Shown piece by piece: positions 36,424 to 46,092 of a stretch of 57,201 bases of DNA. The position numbers and the translations under genes are program-made. Source of the stretch: Christensenellaceae bacterium. GTDB taxonomy: Bacteria; Bacillota; Clostridia; Christensenellales; Christensenellaceae. Under the pieces are notes generated by a model that saw only the letters and a list, made by a program, of their open reading frames with translations, did not search any database and was not told where the DNA came from. How positions within the stretch are numbered: position 1 is the stretch's first letter; each line of letters opens with the position of its first letter. Location: contig JBMNTU010000001.1 of the NCBI GenBank assembly GCA_050945895.1, positions 1-57,201 on the forward strand, given 5' to 3'.

Positions 36424-37998
36424 TTATCTCAAAAAGTCCATCAATGATGGTTGAATAACCCTTGCTCCTGCTGCCAGCGCCTGCTGGTAAATCGCTTCGC
36501 TGAATTTATACTGCATGATCGTGTAAGCCTGATCAATGTCTTCTACATTGGTGCGGATCGCTTCCGCATTAATCAAGTCAAGCGAATACCGGTTGTCCAT
36601 CGTCTCCAGACGGTTGGTGCGCGCACCCGATTCCACAATGCAATCAAGCAGCCTGTCCTGCACCTTTGTCAGCTTGCCGAGGTAAGTCGTCAACACATCG
36701 TTGTCTTCCCCGTTTTCCAAATCGACAATCAGCTCGTCCAATATTTTAAACATATTATCGCTGCCCAGCCCCACAACGTCAATTCCTGTGAAAGCCACAT
36801 CAAAGGTCAGCTGATAGCCTATCTCCAGTTTAAAATCTTGCGCCATTTCGTCGCCCAACACCGTCGTCACATAGCCTATATCCTGCAATGCAGATGCAAC
36901 CGCCTCTGCCGCGGCCTGTTGGTCGGCCGGCGTACCGGCGCTGTTTGTCCAGGTAATCGTGCCCAAGCCATACGCCGTCAAATCCAGCGTCTGCGGGCCT
37001 GTCGCATCTGTAATCGTCTCCTCCGTTATCTTGTATCCGTTCGAATCTCGTATAACGATATTGTTTCCGTCCGCCTGCACATAGAATTTTCCCATGTTGG
37101 TAATCGGGCCGTCCCAGGTCAGTCCTGCAACGTTTGGGTCGGGCGTTGCATTCAACGTATTTTTGGTTACAATATCCGTCATCAGCTCATACATATTGGA
37201 TTCGACACTGCCCGATGCCGGCACCGGGGCGCCAATAATCGCTTCCGCAATATCCTGAATGCTCGGCGGCGGGTCTGCAACGGTATAGGTAATTGTCCCC
37301 AGCCCGATATTTTCCATCAAAATGGTATTCTCTCCCGCAACCGGAGCCTGCAGCGTAACATCCTTCACCACCGATCCGTCCGCATTGGAAAACCGAAGCG
37401 TGTCCGGGCCAACGAAGTCGATCGTGTATTTTTCAATCGGGTAAATATCTCCATCCCACTGGATATTCAAAATATCCGGGTTAGACAAATCGAACGCATT
37501 GTGCTTTGCCTCAACGTCTGCAAGGTTTATGCCGTTATATAGCATATTCCCGTTCTCGTCCACCGTAAACGGTTTTTTTGTAGAGTTGAAGCCGGCAAAA
37601 ATATATTTGGTCTCCAGCGAAGAATTGCACGTCTCAATCAAGTGCTCCTTCAATTCCTTAACCAATACCGCAATATTATGCTTGTCCTCCGGGTTTTTTA
37701 CACCCCCGGCGTTAATAACCTCTTCTTTGATTTTATGGATTACGCCCAACATATCCGTAAGCGCCGTCTCCGACTGCTGTACCCACTTCTCCGAAGAAAC
37801 GATATTATTCCTGTACTGCTGCAAATTCCGAAGCTGCTGCCGCGCACTCAGGCTGTTGATAACGCCGATCGGGTCATCCGACAGCCGTACGATCTTGCGG
37901 TTAGACGCAAGCTGGCTGCTATATTTGCTCAAAGTGTTCATATTGGTGTTCAAATCTCTGAGCGTATTGTTTATCATCATGGAGTTTGTAATTCTCAT
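36424..37998 (-). CDS. flgL: Flagellar hook-filament junction protein FlgL (HAP3), long form
   Basis: The N-terminus reads MRITNSMMINNTLRDLNTNMNTLSKYSSQLASNRKIVRLSDDPIGV. The DDP motif distinguishes it from the flagellin DDAAG motif. The C-terminal flagellin-like helix reads TIMQYKFSEAIYQQALAAGARVIQPSLMDFL. Confidence 0.85.
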   Translation of the reverse strand: MRITNSMMINNTLRDLNTNMNTLSKYSSQLASNRKIVRLSDDPIGVINSLSARQQLRNLQQYRNNIVSSEKWVQQSETALTDMLGVIHKIKEEVINAGGVKNPEDKHNIAVLVKELKEHLIETCNSSLETKYIFAGFNSTKKPFTVDENGNMLYNGINLADVEAKHNAFDLSNPDILNIQWDGDIYPIEKYTIDFVGPDTLRFSNADGSVVKDVTLQAPVAGENTILMENIGLGTITYTVADPPPSIQDIAEAIIGAPVPASGSVESNMYELMTDIVTKNTLNATPDPNVAGLTWDGPITNMGKFYVQADGNNIVIRDSNGYKITEETITDATGPQTLDLTAYGLGTITWTNSAGTPADQQAAAEAVASALQDIGYVTTVLGDEMAQDFKLEIGYQLTFDVAFTGIDVVGLGSDNMFKILDELIVDLENGEDNDVLTTYLGKLTKVQDRLLDCIVESGARTNRLETMDNRYSLDLINAEAIRTNVEDIDQAYTIMQYKFSEAIYQQALAAGARVIQPSLMDFLR

Positions 37999-38019
37999 TC
38001 GTTCATGCCCCTCCCAAAA

Positions 38020-39549
38020 TTATGACCTGCCAACAAGGCCCATCTTGTTGATCAGCGTATCCAATTCCTCATCGATTGCCGTAATCATACGCGACGCCGC
38101 CGAATATGCATGGTTGAAGCGTATCAGGTTGGTCATCTCTTCGTCCAGCGAAACTCCGCTGATCGATATACGCTGCTGGTCTATATGCCCCAGCATCGTG
38201 CTTTGCGTCTTCGCTTTCGTATGGATCTGTCCAAGCTCGGTGGAAATAAGCGTCAAAAGCTCTTTATAGCCCGCGTCCAAATTGACCGGTTTACCGCTCT
38301 CGTCCGTTTTATGAATCAGGTCGGTCAGCAGCAGCGCATTTTTATTGTTGCCCATCTGTTCGTTTTCGCCATAGCCAACCGGGTCTTCCGAAGCGGCAAT
38401 ATTCCATACACTGGCCATAATCGCTGCGCTCAGTTTAAAGTTTTTTGCCGTAACCGGTACCGATTCATCAAAGAAATCCACCCCGTTTACACTCGTATCG
38501 TTTATATCTTTGGGGATGGTGTAGCCCTGCCGGTGCACTTCGTTAAACTCCCGCGCAACCTTCGCACAAAGCGCATTCAATTGCTCAATAACATACGGAA
38601 TTCCGACATTTTCAGAGTCCGCACCATCGCGCACGCTCAAATATCCGTGGATCGCCCCGCTGCGAACCGTAACCGCCTCGCTTGTCGGGTTTCCGTCGGC
38701 GTCCGCCCAATAGATTCCATACAGGTTAATACCCGCATCCGTCGGGTCCACCGGGTTTGGTACATCGTCATTCACCGCCAGCGGGTTGTATCTGGTATGA
38801 TGTATCATCGTCCGGCCGTCCAGCTTCACCCGCAGTTGCCCATTCGAGTCTTCCGAAAATTCTATATCTGCAATACCAGACAGCGTATCCAAAAGCACGT
38901 TCCGCGTATCCCGCAGGTCGTTGGCGCGCGCCCCGTTCAGCTCGTAACCGAATATCTGTTCGTTCAGGTCCGCAATCTGTACCATGATCTCGTTTATTTC
39001 ATTTACAGACACACGAATCGTTTCATTCAGCGTGTCCTGCTGCGCCATCAGCCGGTCATAATAATAGTTCATGGATTCCGTCAGCTTAAGCGCGTTTTCC
39101 CGCACATTTGTGCGTACATTCTGGTCTGCAGGCGATTCCGTCAGCGCATACAGCGCATTGTAAAACGTCTTGAATATGCTGGTCATGCCCGAGTTTGTGT
39201 CAATCTTCTCCAACTCGTCGTTAAAAAGTGCTTCCATGTATTCAAAGTATTGCTCGCGCATATTCCAGCCTGTCGCGGTTGCATTCTCCTTGCGGTACTG
39301 GTAATCCAAAAACGGGTTGCGAATCTGTTCGATGCAAATCGTTTCCACACCGCGCCCCGAAACGCTGCGCCTGTCCACATTGATGTATGTATTTTCAGCA
39401 AGCGGCGGCAACGCTGCCGTCGAGAACCGCTGGCGCGTATACCCTACGGTGTTTACGTTTGATATATTATGCCCCGTAAGGTCCAGTTGGTTAGAGCTTG
39501 TAAAAAGCCCCGTCTTCGCTATTTCTAATCCGTAAAATGTCGATCTCAT
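38020..39549 (-). CDS. flgK: Flagellar hook-filament junction protein FlgK (HAP1)
   Basis: The N-terminus is MRSTFYGLEIAKTGLFTSSNQLDLTGHNISNVNTVGYTRQR and the C-terminus is GVSLDEEMTNLIRFNHAYSAASRMI. Confidence 0.9.
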   Translation of the reverse strand: MRSTFYGLEIAKTGLFTSSNQLDLTGHNISNVNTVGYTRQRFSTAALPPLAENTYINVDRRSVSGRGVETICIEQIRNPFLDYQYRKENATATGWNMREQYFEYMEALFNDELEKIDTNSGMTSIFKTFYNALYALTESPADQNVRTNVRENALKLTESMNYYYDRLMAQQDTLNETIRVSVNEINEIMVQIADLNEQIFGYELNGARANDLRDTRNVLLDTLSGIADIEFSEDSNGQLRVKLDGRTMIHHTRYNPLAVNDDVPNPVDPTDAGINLYGIYWADADGNPTSEAVTVRSGAIHGYLSVRDGADSENVGIPYVIEQLNALCAKVAREFNEVHRQGYTIPKDINDTSVNGVDFFDESVPVTAKNFKLSAAIMASVWNIAASEDPVGYGENEQMGNNKNALLLTDLIHKTDESGKPVNLDAGYKELLTLISTELGQIHTKAKTQSTMLGHIDQQRISISGVSLDEEMTNLIRFNHAYSAASRMITAIDEELDTLINKMGLVGRS

Positions 39550-39564
39550 TCGTTACCCACCTTA

Positions 39565-40056
39565 TTATACTTTGTTATCAATGATCCCCTTGCCGTTGTC
39601 AGGGTCTATTTCCGCTCCGGAGTTGCCGTAAATATTGCTGATTTGCGGATCCTTCAAAAACGTATTGGTCATAAAATCCGTATATTCCAAATGCAGCTCA
39701 ATCAGTCCTCGGTTTTCTTCATTGATTTGTTTTTGCTTGTATAAAATGTCCCGCAGCTCGCCGGCAGTTTTTTCCAGTTGTGCTTTTTGCTCTTCCCCTG
39801 CCGCCTGCGCTACGTCATAAATCGTCACGCTTTTTTCGTCCAGCCCGTTGGCCCGTGCAAAATCCGTTGTTATCCTGCTTCTTTGGTCTTCCAGTTCCGC
39901 AGCCTGCCGGAGAAGCTCCCACTCTTTTTTCACGTCCTCCGAAAGCGCCTGTGCATCCCCCGCAATGATATGTTCGCGTTTCACCTCAGAAAGCGCATAA
40001 ATTTCTTCATGAAGCGCCCTCAATTTTTCCAGTATTTCAATCGTTCTAATAATCAT
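39565..40056 (-). CDS. flgN: FlgN-like export chaperone (YvyG-like)
   Basis: This is a helical 163-aa protein between flgM and flgK (LEKLRALHEEIYALSEVKREHIIAGDAQAL). Confidence 0.7.
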   Translation of the reverse strand: MIIRTIEILEKLRALHEEIYALSEVKREHIIAGDAQALSEDVKKEWELLRQAAELEDQRSRITTDFARANGLDEKSVTIYDVAQAAGEEQKAQLEKTAGELRDILYKQKQINEENRGLIELHLEYTDFMTNTFLKDPQISNIYGNSGAEIDPDNGKGIIDNKV

Positions 40057-40067
40057 TCCATCCTGTC

Positions 40068-40367
40068 CTATTCATCCAACAGCACGGCAATGCTCTTTGC
40101 AAGCTCCTCCGAGCTGATCGAATAAGAGCCGCTCGCAATTTTTACCTTTATCCCCTCAACATCAATGTCGGCCCCTGCCAACCTCTCGTTCAGGGAATTT
40201 TTAGCCGCGCGCAGCGTTTCTGCAAACAAAGAAGCGTCGCTGGAGAATTCAATTTTATCGGGCTGCTGTACACTTTGCGTCTCCGCCACTTCTATATTCC
40301 GCCGTACAGCTTTGTACTGCTCCACCACACCGATGGGGGTCGTTGCATTAATCTTCATCTCAGGCAC
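40068..40367 (-). CDS. flgM: Anti-sigma-28 factor FlgM
   Basis: The 99-aa protein has the C-terminal IKVKIASGSYSISSEELAKSI motif and sits in the yvyF-flgM-flgN context. Confidence 0.85.
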   Translation of the reverse strand: MPEMKINATTPIGVVEQYKAVRRNIEVAETQSVQQPDKIEFSSDASLFAETLRAAKNSLNERLAGADIDVEGIKVKIASGSYSISSEELAKSIAVLLDE

Positions 40368-40371
40368 CTCC

Positions 40372-40773
40372 TTATTTCCTTCTGATTTCTATGTGAAGTT
40401 TGCTTTTGTCCTTCGTTGCTACTTCCGGCTGTTTTTTTGGCAACACACTGTTCAGGGTGTTTGCCAGGCTGTCCGAGCATTTCTTGCATAGCCGCCCGCT
40501 CGATATGGGGGCTCCGCATTTCTCACAAGAGATTGACCCATCCGGCGTTTTTAGCTCCAGCCTTCCTTCCTTTAGGAAATCCAGTATAACGCGTTCCTCG
40601 ATTTCCGTTTCCTCCGACACCTCTACTACCCCTGCATCCGGATGTTTGTAAAGATATTGCTTTATCTTTTTAAACTTTTCATCCAGCTCTTTTACACATC
40701 TGGGGCAAACGTCCTTTCCAGATGACTGGAAAACGCCCCCGCACTCTTTACATTGCTTAAAGTTCAATGCCAT
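40372..40773 (-). CDS. yvyF: Flagellar operon zinc-ribbon protein YvyF
   Basis: Two CxxC pairs lie at the N-terminus (CKECGGVF..CPRCVKE) and two at the C-terminus (CEKCGAPI..CKKC). The gene lies directly before flgM. Confidence 0.8.
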   Translation of the reverse strand: MALNFKQCKECGGVFQSSGKDVCPRCVKELDEKFKKIKQYLYKHPDAGVVEVSEETEIEERVILDFLKEGRLELKTPDGSISCEKCGAPISSGRLCKKCSDSLANTLNSVLPKKQPEVATKDKSKLHIEIRRK

Positions 40774-40810
40774 TCTATCTTCCGCTCCTCATACCCATCG
40801 TCAATTGTTT

Positions 40811-41575
40811 TTATCTTCTCGACCGAATGGCCGTGTCATCCATACTGTCCGCTACCGAAAGCGCCCGCGCCGAAAGCTGGTAAGCCCGGCTCGCCCGAAC
40901 CATTCTGGCCATTTCCTGCGCCAGTTCCACATTCGATCCCTCGTACGCGCCCTGAATGATCTTTGTCTCCTCGCCGATTTGCGTTGGCTCTCCAGAGTTT
41001 TCCGTTACCCGGAACAGGTTTTCGCTATGCGCTTCCAGCCCTCGCTCATTCGGGAACTGCACGATGCGCAGCGTTCCGTAAACCGTTCCGTCATCCCTCG
41101 CAATTTGTCCGTTAGACGAAACATTGAACCCTGCCTCGTTGTCCACGGTAACGCGCTGCCCATTCGTGTCCAGCACATAATAGCCCTGCGAAGTCACCAG
41201 GTAGGTATTCGCTCCCTCCAGGCTTTTTTGGAAGTTTCCGTCTCGTGTGTAATAGGTTTGCCCGTCGTGCGATTGTACAGCGAAAAAACCATCCCCCTGG
41301 ATATAAAGATCCGTCTCTACGCCAGTTTCATAAATCTGCCCCTGCGTAAATACACGGTTGATTCCCGAAACAAGCACGCCATGCCCACGCTGCATATTCA
41401 GCGTGTCCTGTGGCTGCACGACCCGCTGCATCGTTTCGTACAGCGCGTCCTTAAAATCCACACGGCTTGCCTTAAAGCCGTTTGTATTTATATTCGCAAG
41501 GTTATTTGCGATTGTATCAAGCCTTGTCTGCTGCGACCGGATTCCCAGGGCCGCAGTGTATCCTCCCTGCATCAT
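40811..41575 (-). CDS. flgG: Flagellar distal rod protein FlgG (FlhP-like)
   Basis: The N-terminus is AALGIRSQQTRLDTIANNLANINTNGFK and the C-terminus is EGSNVELAQEMARMVRASRAYQLSARAL. Confidence 0.85.
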   Translation of the reverse strand: MMQGGYTAALGIRSQQTRLDTIANNLANINTNGFKASRVDFKDALYETMQRVVQPQDTLNMQRGHGVLVSGINRVFTQGQIYETGVETDLYIQGDGFFAVQSHDGQTYYTRDGNFQKSLEGANTYLVTSQGYYVLDTNGQRVTVDNEAGFNVSSNGQIARDDGTVYGTLRIVQFPNERGLEAHSENLFRVTENSGEPTQIGEETKIIQGAYEGSNVELAQEMARMVRASRAYQLSARALSVADSMDDTAIRSRR

Positions 41576-41590
41576 ACCGTTTCAATCTCC

Positions 41591-42352
41591 TTAAAATTGT
41601 GCAATCTGGTTTACAGTCTTCTCTAGCGATTCATCCACCATTTGAAGCATCCGTTGGCTGCTTTCGTATACGCGCTGCGTCAGCATCATCTCGGCGACCT
41701 CTCTTGCCGTATCCAGGTTAGAGCCTTCCAGCATTCCCTGCTCGATGGCATAATTCTGCGCTGCCTGCGGTTGTTCGCCGTTGTACGGCACATAGCAGTT
41801 GTCGCCTGCCTTTCTTAGTATGCCGTTATCGGTAAACTGTACGATCTGAAGCATTCCCAGCTGCTGCCCTTCCGCACCGAAAATCGCACCGTTCTGCCTC
41901 ACCGTAAATCCGCCCGTTCCAACATTGATGGGCGCACCGCCCTGCCCCAAGACTGCATAGCCCTCCTGCGTCAGCAGGTTGCCTGCCGGGTCTGTGATAA
42001 AGTTGCCTGCCCGTGTGTACTGCACATTGCCCTGCGGCGTCCTTACAACAAAAAATCCGTCCCCCGTAATGGCCATATCCGTATCAACATCAGTAATCTC
42101 TATCGGACCCTGCTTAAAATCCGTAACCTTTTCGTCAACATGCACACCCGGCGCAAGCGGCCCTACGCGCCGCTGGTTTAAAATGGACGGGTCGTTCAGC
42201 CTGTCGAGCAGCATGTCTTCAAACGACCGTGTCACAACGACGTCTTTCTTATAGCCTGCTGTGTCCACATTTGTTATATTGTTGATAACGACGTTCATTT
42301 TCGCCCGCTGCGTCATCATCCCCGTTCCGGCACTGTACAAACTTCTCAGCAT
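41591..42352 (-). CDS. flgF: Flagellar rod protein FlgF/FlgG family (FlhO-like)
   Basis: The N-terminus is MLRSLYSAGTGMMTQRAKMNVVINNITNVDTAGYK and the C-terminus is EGSNLDTAREVAEMMLTQRVYESSQRML. Confidence 0.85.
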   Translation of the reverse strand: MLRSLYSAGTGMMTQRAKMNVVINNITNVDTAGYKKDVVVTRSFEDMLLDRLNDPSILNQRRVGPLAPGVHVDEKVTDFKQGPIEITDVDTDMAITGDGFFVVRTPQGNVQYTRAGNFITDPAGNLLTQEGYAVLGQGGAPINVGTGGFTVRQNGAIFGAEGQQLGMLQIVQFTDNGILRKAGDNCYVPYNGEQPQAAQNYAIEQGMLEGSNLDTAREVAEMMLTQRVYESSQRMLQMVDESLEKTVNQIAQF

Positions 42353-42383
42353 AATTCTACTCCATCACGTTTAATTATTTTAT

Positions 42384-42410
42384 ATATCGGCAGTTACTCA
42401 GAAAACTTTA
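42384..42410 (-). promoter_or_regulatory. Sigma-28 (FliA/SigD) promoter of the flgF...csrA late operon
   Basis: The minus strand reads TAAA-gttttctgagtaact-GCCGATAT, an exact TAAA-N15-GCCGATAT match, about 30 nt upstream of the flgF ATG. Confidence 0.8.
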
Positions 42411-42425
42411 ACGCTTTTTATTCAT

Positions 42426-42953
42426 TTAGTGTGGTAAATGATTGGTGTTCAACTTAAGCATAAAAGCTACTTCGCCCTTAGAAAGCCCCGTGTCCCGCAC
42501 GATCTGGTCAATGCCGCATCCATCTTCAAACATTTTAATCGCCGCCTGTTTTTTTTGGTCGGCCCCTTCCGCCGCACCGGGCAGGCGGTCTGCGGGTTCA
42601 ATCCGTATTCCCATAGAAAGCTGTTCGCCCACATCAGCCGTGTCCGCCGCATTTTCCGCCAGCCTTTTTTCGGAAACAGAAATGCTTTCCCGAATGAGCG
42701 ACACGGCGTTCAGGTCCGTTTCAACGCGCCGGATGTCGCTGTCCAGCTTGTCCATGTGCGCCTCCACATATTCTTTAAAGCTGTCGATCATATCCTCCAC
42801 CTCAAAGTAGAGCATCATAATCTTTTTTTCTTTTTCCTCCAGTTCCTTTTCCCCGTCGTTCTTTCTTTTCTTTTTTCCATGTAAAATCAGAAAGACCAGC
42901 ATAACCGCCAGTCCAAAAACAAACAACGCAAATATATAATACTCAACTCCCAT
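42426..42953 (-). CDS. Uncharacterised membrane-anchored protein with a coiled coil and an HTH-like C-terminus (DUF6115-like)
   Basis: An N-terminal TM helix (YYIFALFVFGLAVMLVFLIL) is followed by KKKRK, a helical middle, and the C-terminal segment IKMFEDGCGIDQIVRDTGLSKGEVAFMLKL. Confidence 0.55.
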   Translation of the reverse strand: MGVEYYIFALFVFGLAVMLVFLILHGKKKRKNDGEKELEEKEKKIMMLYFEVEDMIDSFKEYVEAHMDKLDSDIRRVETDLNAVSLIRESISVSEKRLAENAADTADVGEQLSMGIRIEPADRLPGAAEGADQKKQAAIKMFEDGCGIDQIVRDTGLSKGEVAFMLKLNTNHLPH

Positions 42954-42964
42954 GGTTCCACCTT

Positions 42965-43300
42965 TTATACGTTTATGTCGATTTCGCCGCCCAACCTTTT
43001 GTCGCTGGCTACCCGTAAGCCGTCGTCGGCCTGCGCACCGGCGTCGCCGTCCTGCGCCTCATTCCCCTTGGAAAACTCCGAAGATTCCTGATCCTTCGGG
43101 TCCTTTTGCTTGTCGTCCACCCGGCGGTTTTCGGCATGCTCCAGCTCAGTCACATTTTGCATTTCTGTTAGTGCGCGCTCCTTTTCCAGCGCTGCGGCAA
43201 ACTCCTTCGTGCGCTCGGCGTTCGCCACCTGGTCAGCAGCCTGCCTCGAGAACTCTGCCGACCGTTGTATCATAATCTGGCTGTCAATTCCGCGTATCAT
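42965..43300 (-). CDS. Hypothetical small acidic protein (111 aa)
   Basis: ATG 43300 is preceded by GGAGA at 7-8 nt. The protein (MIRGIDSQIMIQRSAEFSRQAADQ...) is helical then acidic and low-complexity. The longest ORF to 43414 lacks an SD. Confidence 0.5.
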   Translation of the reverse strand: MIRGIDSQIMIQRSAEFSRQAADQVANAERTKEFAAALEKERALTEMQNVTELEHAENRRVDDKQKDPKDQESSEFSKGNEAQDGDAGAQADDGLRVASDKRLGGEIDINV

Positions 43301-43446
43301 CTTCGGTTCTCCTTTCCATTTATTTTCCGTCTTCCTAATCTGCCCTCGCTTTGCCCAAACAACGTCGCCAGTCCCGTTCACATCTGTTTTTCCGTTGCCC
43401 GTTCCTGTTTCCACACACGGCCGCCCAGCTTACACAAGCCGGAACA

Positions 43447-45069
43447 CTAGCTTCTCCGCCGTTTTTCCGGCGGAGCATAAAAGCATGCTTCCGATGCAAT
43501 ATCCTTCCCATGCCTCGAGTACGTCACATACTGGTCGTCCTGCCGGAGCATGTATGCGCTGTTTCCAATAACGATTTTTGTTCCCCGGTAAATCTTGTCC
43601 AGCACATGCACATGCCCGCCCTTTGCATCCTGGATGGCCTGCCCGATCTCCTCGCCTTCCGCATTCAATTCATTGATTTGTGCAGTCAGGCTTCCAATCT
43701 GCATGCTTACCTCCAGGCGCGCTTTGGCGTTTGCGTCCGTCTTGTTTTTTTCCGCCGCCGCCAGCGCCAGCTCCAGCCTTTGCCGCACAGCACCAAGCTG
43801 TTCCACGTTCGCCTGCAGTTCTTTCATTCGGTTCCTTTTTTGCGGCGAAACGCCAATCTCAATCGTTGTCGTAATATTCGCGTCTGTTCCAATAACCTTT
43901 GCCACAACATATTTGCCAGCGCCCACAACGCCGCCCATAATTGCCCCGCGGTTGAGCGAAACGTCCACATACCCTTCACAGGCCACATTGCCCTGTATCA
44001 GGTATTCTGCAGTAATGTTTCCGCCTGCTTCCACATTGGTGCGCTCAATGAAGTTTGCTATAATGTCCCCCCCTGCGCTCACTTTGCTCTTGTCTGCCCC
44101 GCGTATGCCGCTCTTTACGGTAATGTTGCCCTTCGCGTCAAGCATCGCATTTTCCACCAGGCCGTGTACGACAATATTTCCGCCTGCTTCAACCAAAAAA
44201 CCGGAATTAACATTCCCCATAATTTCAATATCGCCGTCAAAACGCACATTTCCCACCGACATATCCACATCGCCGGGAATACGCAGCACCGGCGAAACTA
44301 CGATTTTTCCCTGTGCAAATTCCAGTCTCCCTGCAATTTTCGACAAAAGCGAGAGTTTATCCTCCGAAAGGTATGTATTCTTACCCGCAGGCAAAATTGC
44401 ATCCCTTCCTTTTTTGGCGCCAATTTTAGCGCCTTTTACAGATATTCCATCCACCGGCTCTGTCGCCGGCGTTTTTGTGACCAGCACCTGGTCTTGCTCC
44501 GCCTTTTCAAATTTGCTGATATTCCGCCAGTCAATCTTATCGTTTTCGTTTTCCGCCGCCAGCGCCAAATAATCCATCTGCTCTGTCTCTATATGGTAAG
44601 TCAGCTTAGCGTCTTCCCCATCTACCGGCGGCTGTCCTTTGGCAACCAGCTCGTCCGTATAATACAACCGATCCGAGACAATCCTCTTAATATTATCATC
44701 GATCAATCCAAACGTAACTTTATACTTATCCTCAAGTTCCCGGCGTATTTCATCCTCCGTCAACCGTTCCCCGTCCTCGTCCGCAGGAAACAGCCGCAGC
44801 CAGGCCTCCTGCCCGTCTGCCGAAACCGTCACTTCCATTTCTTCGTTTACAATGCATTCCTCCTGCGCCTCGGCAATCTTTTCCGTTTGCGCCTGTCCGG
44901 CAGAAATCAGCGCCCCAATTTTCGAGGCGTCCGCCCCTGCAATGTTTTTGCGCTTCAAATACCCCACAGCCTGCGCCATATCCATCGGTTTACCGTCTCC
45001 GTCCGGCGGTATCAATGTCAAATAAACGCCGTCCTCCCGGTAATCAAGTTTAATCCTTCCATCTGCCAT
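43447..45069 (-). CDS. FapA/DUF342 family protein
   Basis: The N-terminus reads DGRIKLDYREDGVYLTLIPP. The centre shows beta-helix-like repeats (GNITVKSGIRG, GGDIIANFIE, GGNITAEYLIQG), and the C-terminus is a coiled coil plus YRGTKIVIGN. Confidence 0.7.
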   Translation of the reverse strand: MADGRIKLDYREDGVYLTLIPPDGDGKPMDMAQAVGYLKRKNIAGADASKIGALISAGQAQTEKIAEAQEECIVNEEMEVTVSADGQEAWLRLFPADEDGERLTEDEIRRELEDKYKVTFGLIDDNIKRIVSDRLYYTDELVAKGQPPVDGEDAKLTYHIETEQMDYLALAAENENDKIDWRNISKFEKAEQDQVLVTKTPATEPVDGISVKGAKIGAKKGRDAILPAGKNTYLSEDKLSLLSKIAGRLEFAQGKIVVSPVLRIPGDVDMSVGNVRFDGDIEIMGNVNSGFLVEAGGNIVVHGLVENAMLDAKGNITVKSGIRGADKSKVSAGGDIIANFIERTNVEAGGNITAEYLIQGNVACEGYVDVSLNRGAIMGGVVGAGKYVVAKVIGTDANITTTIEIGVSPQKRNRMKELQANVEQLGAVRQRLELALAAAEKNKTDANAKARLEVSMQIGSLTAQINELNAEGEEIGQAIQDAKGGHVHVLDKIYRGTKIVIGNSAYMLRQDDQYVTYSRHGKDIASEACFYAPPEKRRRS

Positions 45070-45241
45070 TCAAACACTCCCCCTCAAAACACCTGCAACA
45101 GGTCTCTGTCAAAAACGCGGCGTCAACAACCGGCGCTCCATAAACGCATCGCCATACGCTTTCCTGTACCGCCGCCTTTTCCGTCAACCCGCGCACCCCA
45201 ACCCGCACAGATTTTTTTATTTTATATATTCCTAAACAGGG

Positions 45242-46054
45242 TCAATCCTCTTTCATTTGCCGGCCCAGCTGCGTTCGAATCCGCTTCAGAGCCTTCGAAT
45301 GTATCTGCGAAACGCGCGACTCGCTCACTTCCAGTATCTGTGCAATTTCCCGCAGAAGCAGCTCGTCCTTGTAATACAGCTGCAATACCATCCGTTCATT
45401 CTCCGGCAACCCAGACAGCGCCTGCGTAAGCATTTCCAGCATTTCCTTTTTTTCCAGGCTGCTTTCGGGCATAGCCTGCTCATTATCATCCTGCACCGTA
45501 TCAATCAGCTTAACGGACTCATCCTTCGAGTTGGACGCAATCACGTTCTCAAAATACATGATGTTATAAATATACGCGTTATCCCGCGCTTCTTTAACCT
45601 GCTGCTCCGTCAGCCCCAGCGCTTTTGCAACGTCTGCATCTTCCGGCTCCCGGCCTGTCCTCATCACTGCCGCTTCAATTTCACCCGTCACCTTCTTAAT
45701 GCGCTGCCGCATAGAAGACGATATCCAGTCCTGCTTCCGCATAAAATCCAGTATTTCCCCCCGGATTCGCTTATATGCATATGTCTCAAACTTGACATTT
45801 CGGAACTGGTCGAATTTATTGATGGCATCCATTAGGCCAATCACGCCGCTGCTCAGCAAGTCGTCGTAGTCATTTTTAGACTGGTAAACCGGCATCATAC
45901 GCAGCACCACCTTGCGTACAAGATACATATAGTGAAGAAGCAATTCGTTTTTGTTCTCCACCGAAGGGTCGTCAAAATATTTTTCCCACAGCTTATCGGC
46001 GCTGGCTGCCATGTTGTCCATTTCTGTCTGTGTCAAAACATTCCCCCCCTTCAA
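45242..46054 (-). CDS. fliA: Flagellar sigma factor FliA/SigD (sigma-28)
   Basis: Sigma-70 regions 2, 3 and 4 are present (LLSSGVIGLMDAINKFD; FETYAYKRIRGEILDFMR; LREIAQILEVSESRVSQIHSKAL). Confidence 0.9.
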   Translation of the reverse strand: MKGGNVLTQTEMDNMAASADKLWEKYFDDPSVENKNELLLHYMYLVRKVVLRMMPVYQSKNDYDDLLSSGVIGLMDAINKFDQFRNVKFETYAYKRIRGEILDFMRKQDWISSSMRQRIKKVTGEIEAAVMRTGREPEDADVAKALGLTEQQVKEARDNAYIYNIMYFENVIASNSKDESVKLIDTVQDDNEQAMPESSLEKKEMLEMLTQALSGLPENERMVLQLYYKDELLLREIAQILEVSESRVSQIHSKALKRIRTQLGRQMKED

Positions 46055-46092
46055 AGTACTGTCCCGCTAGTATCCCGTTTTTCTGCCGACGG

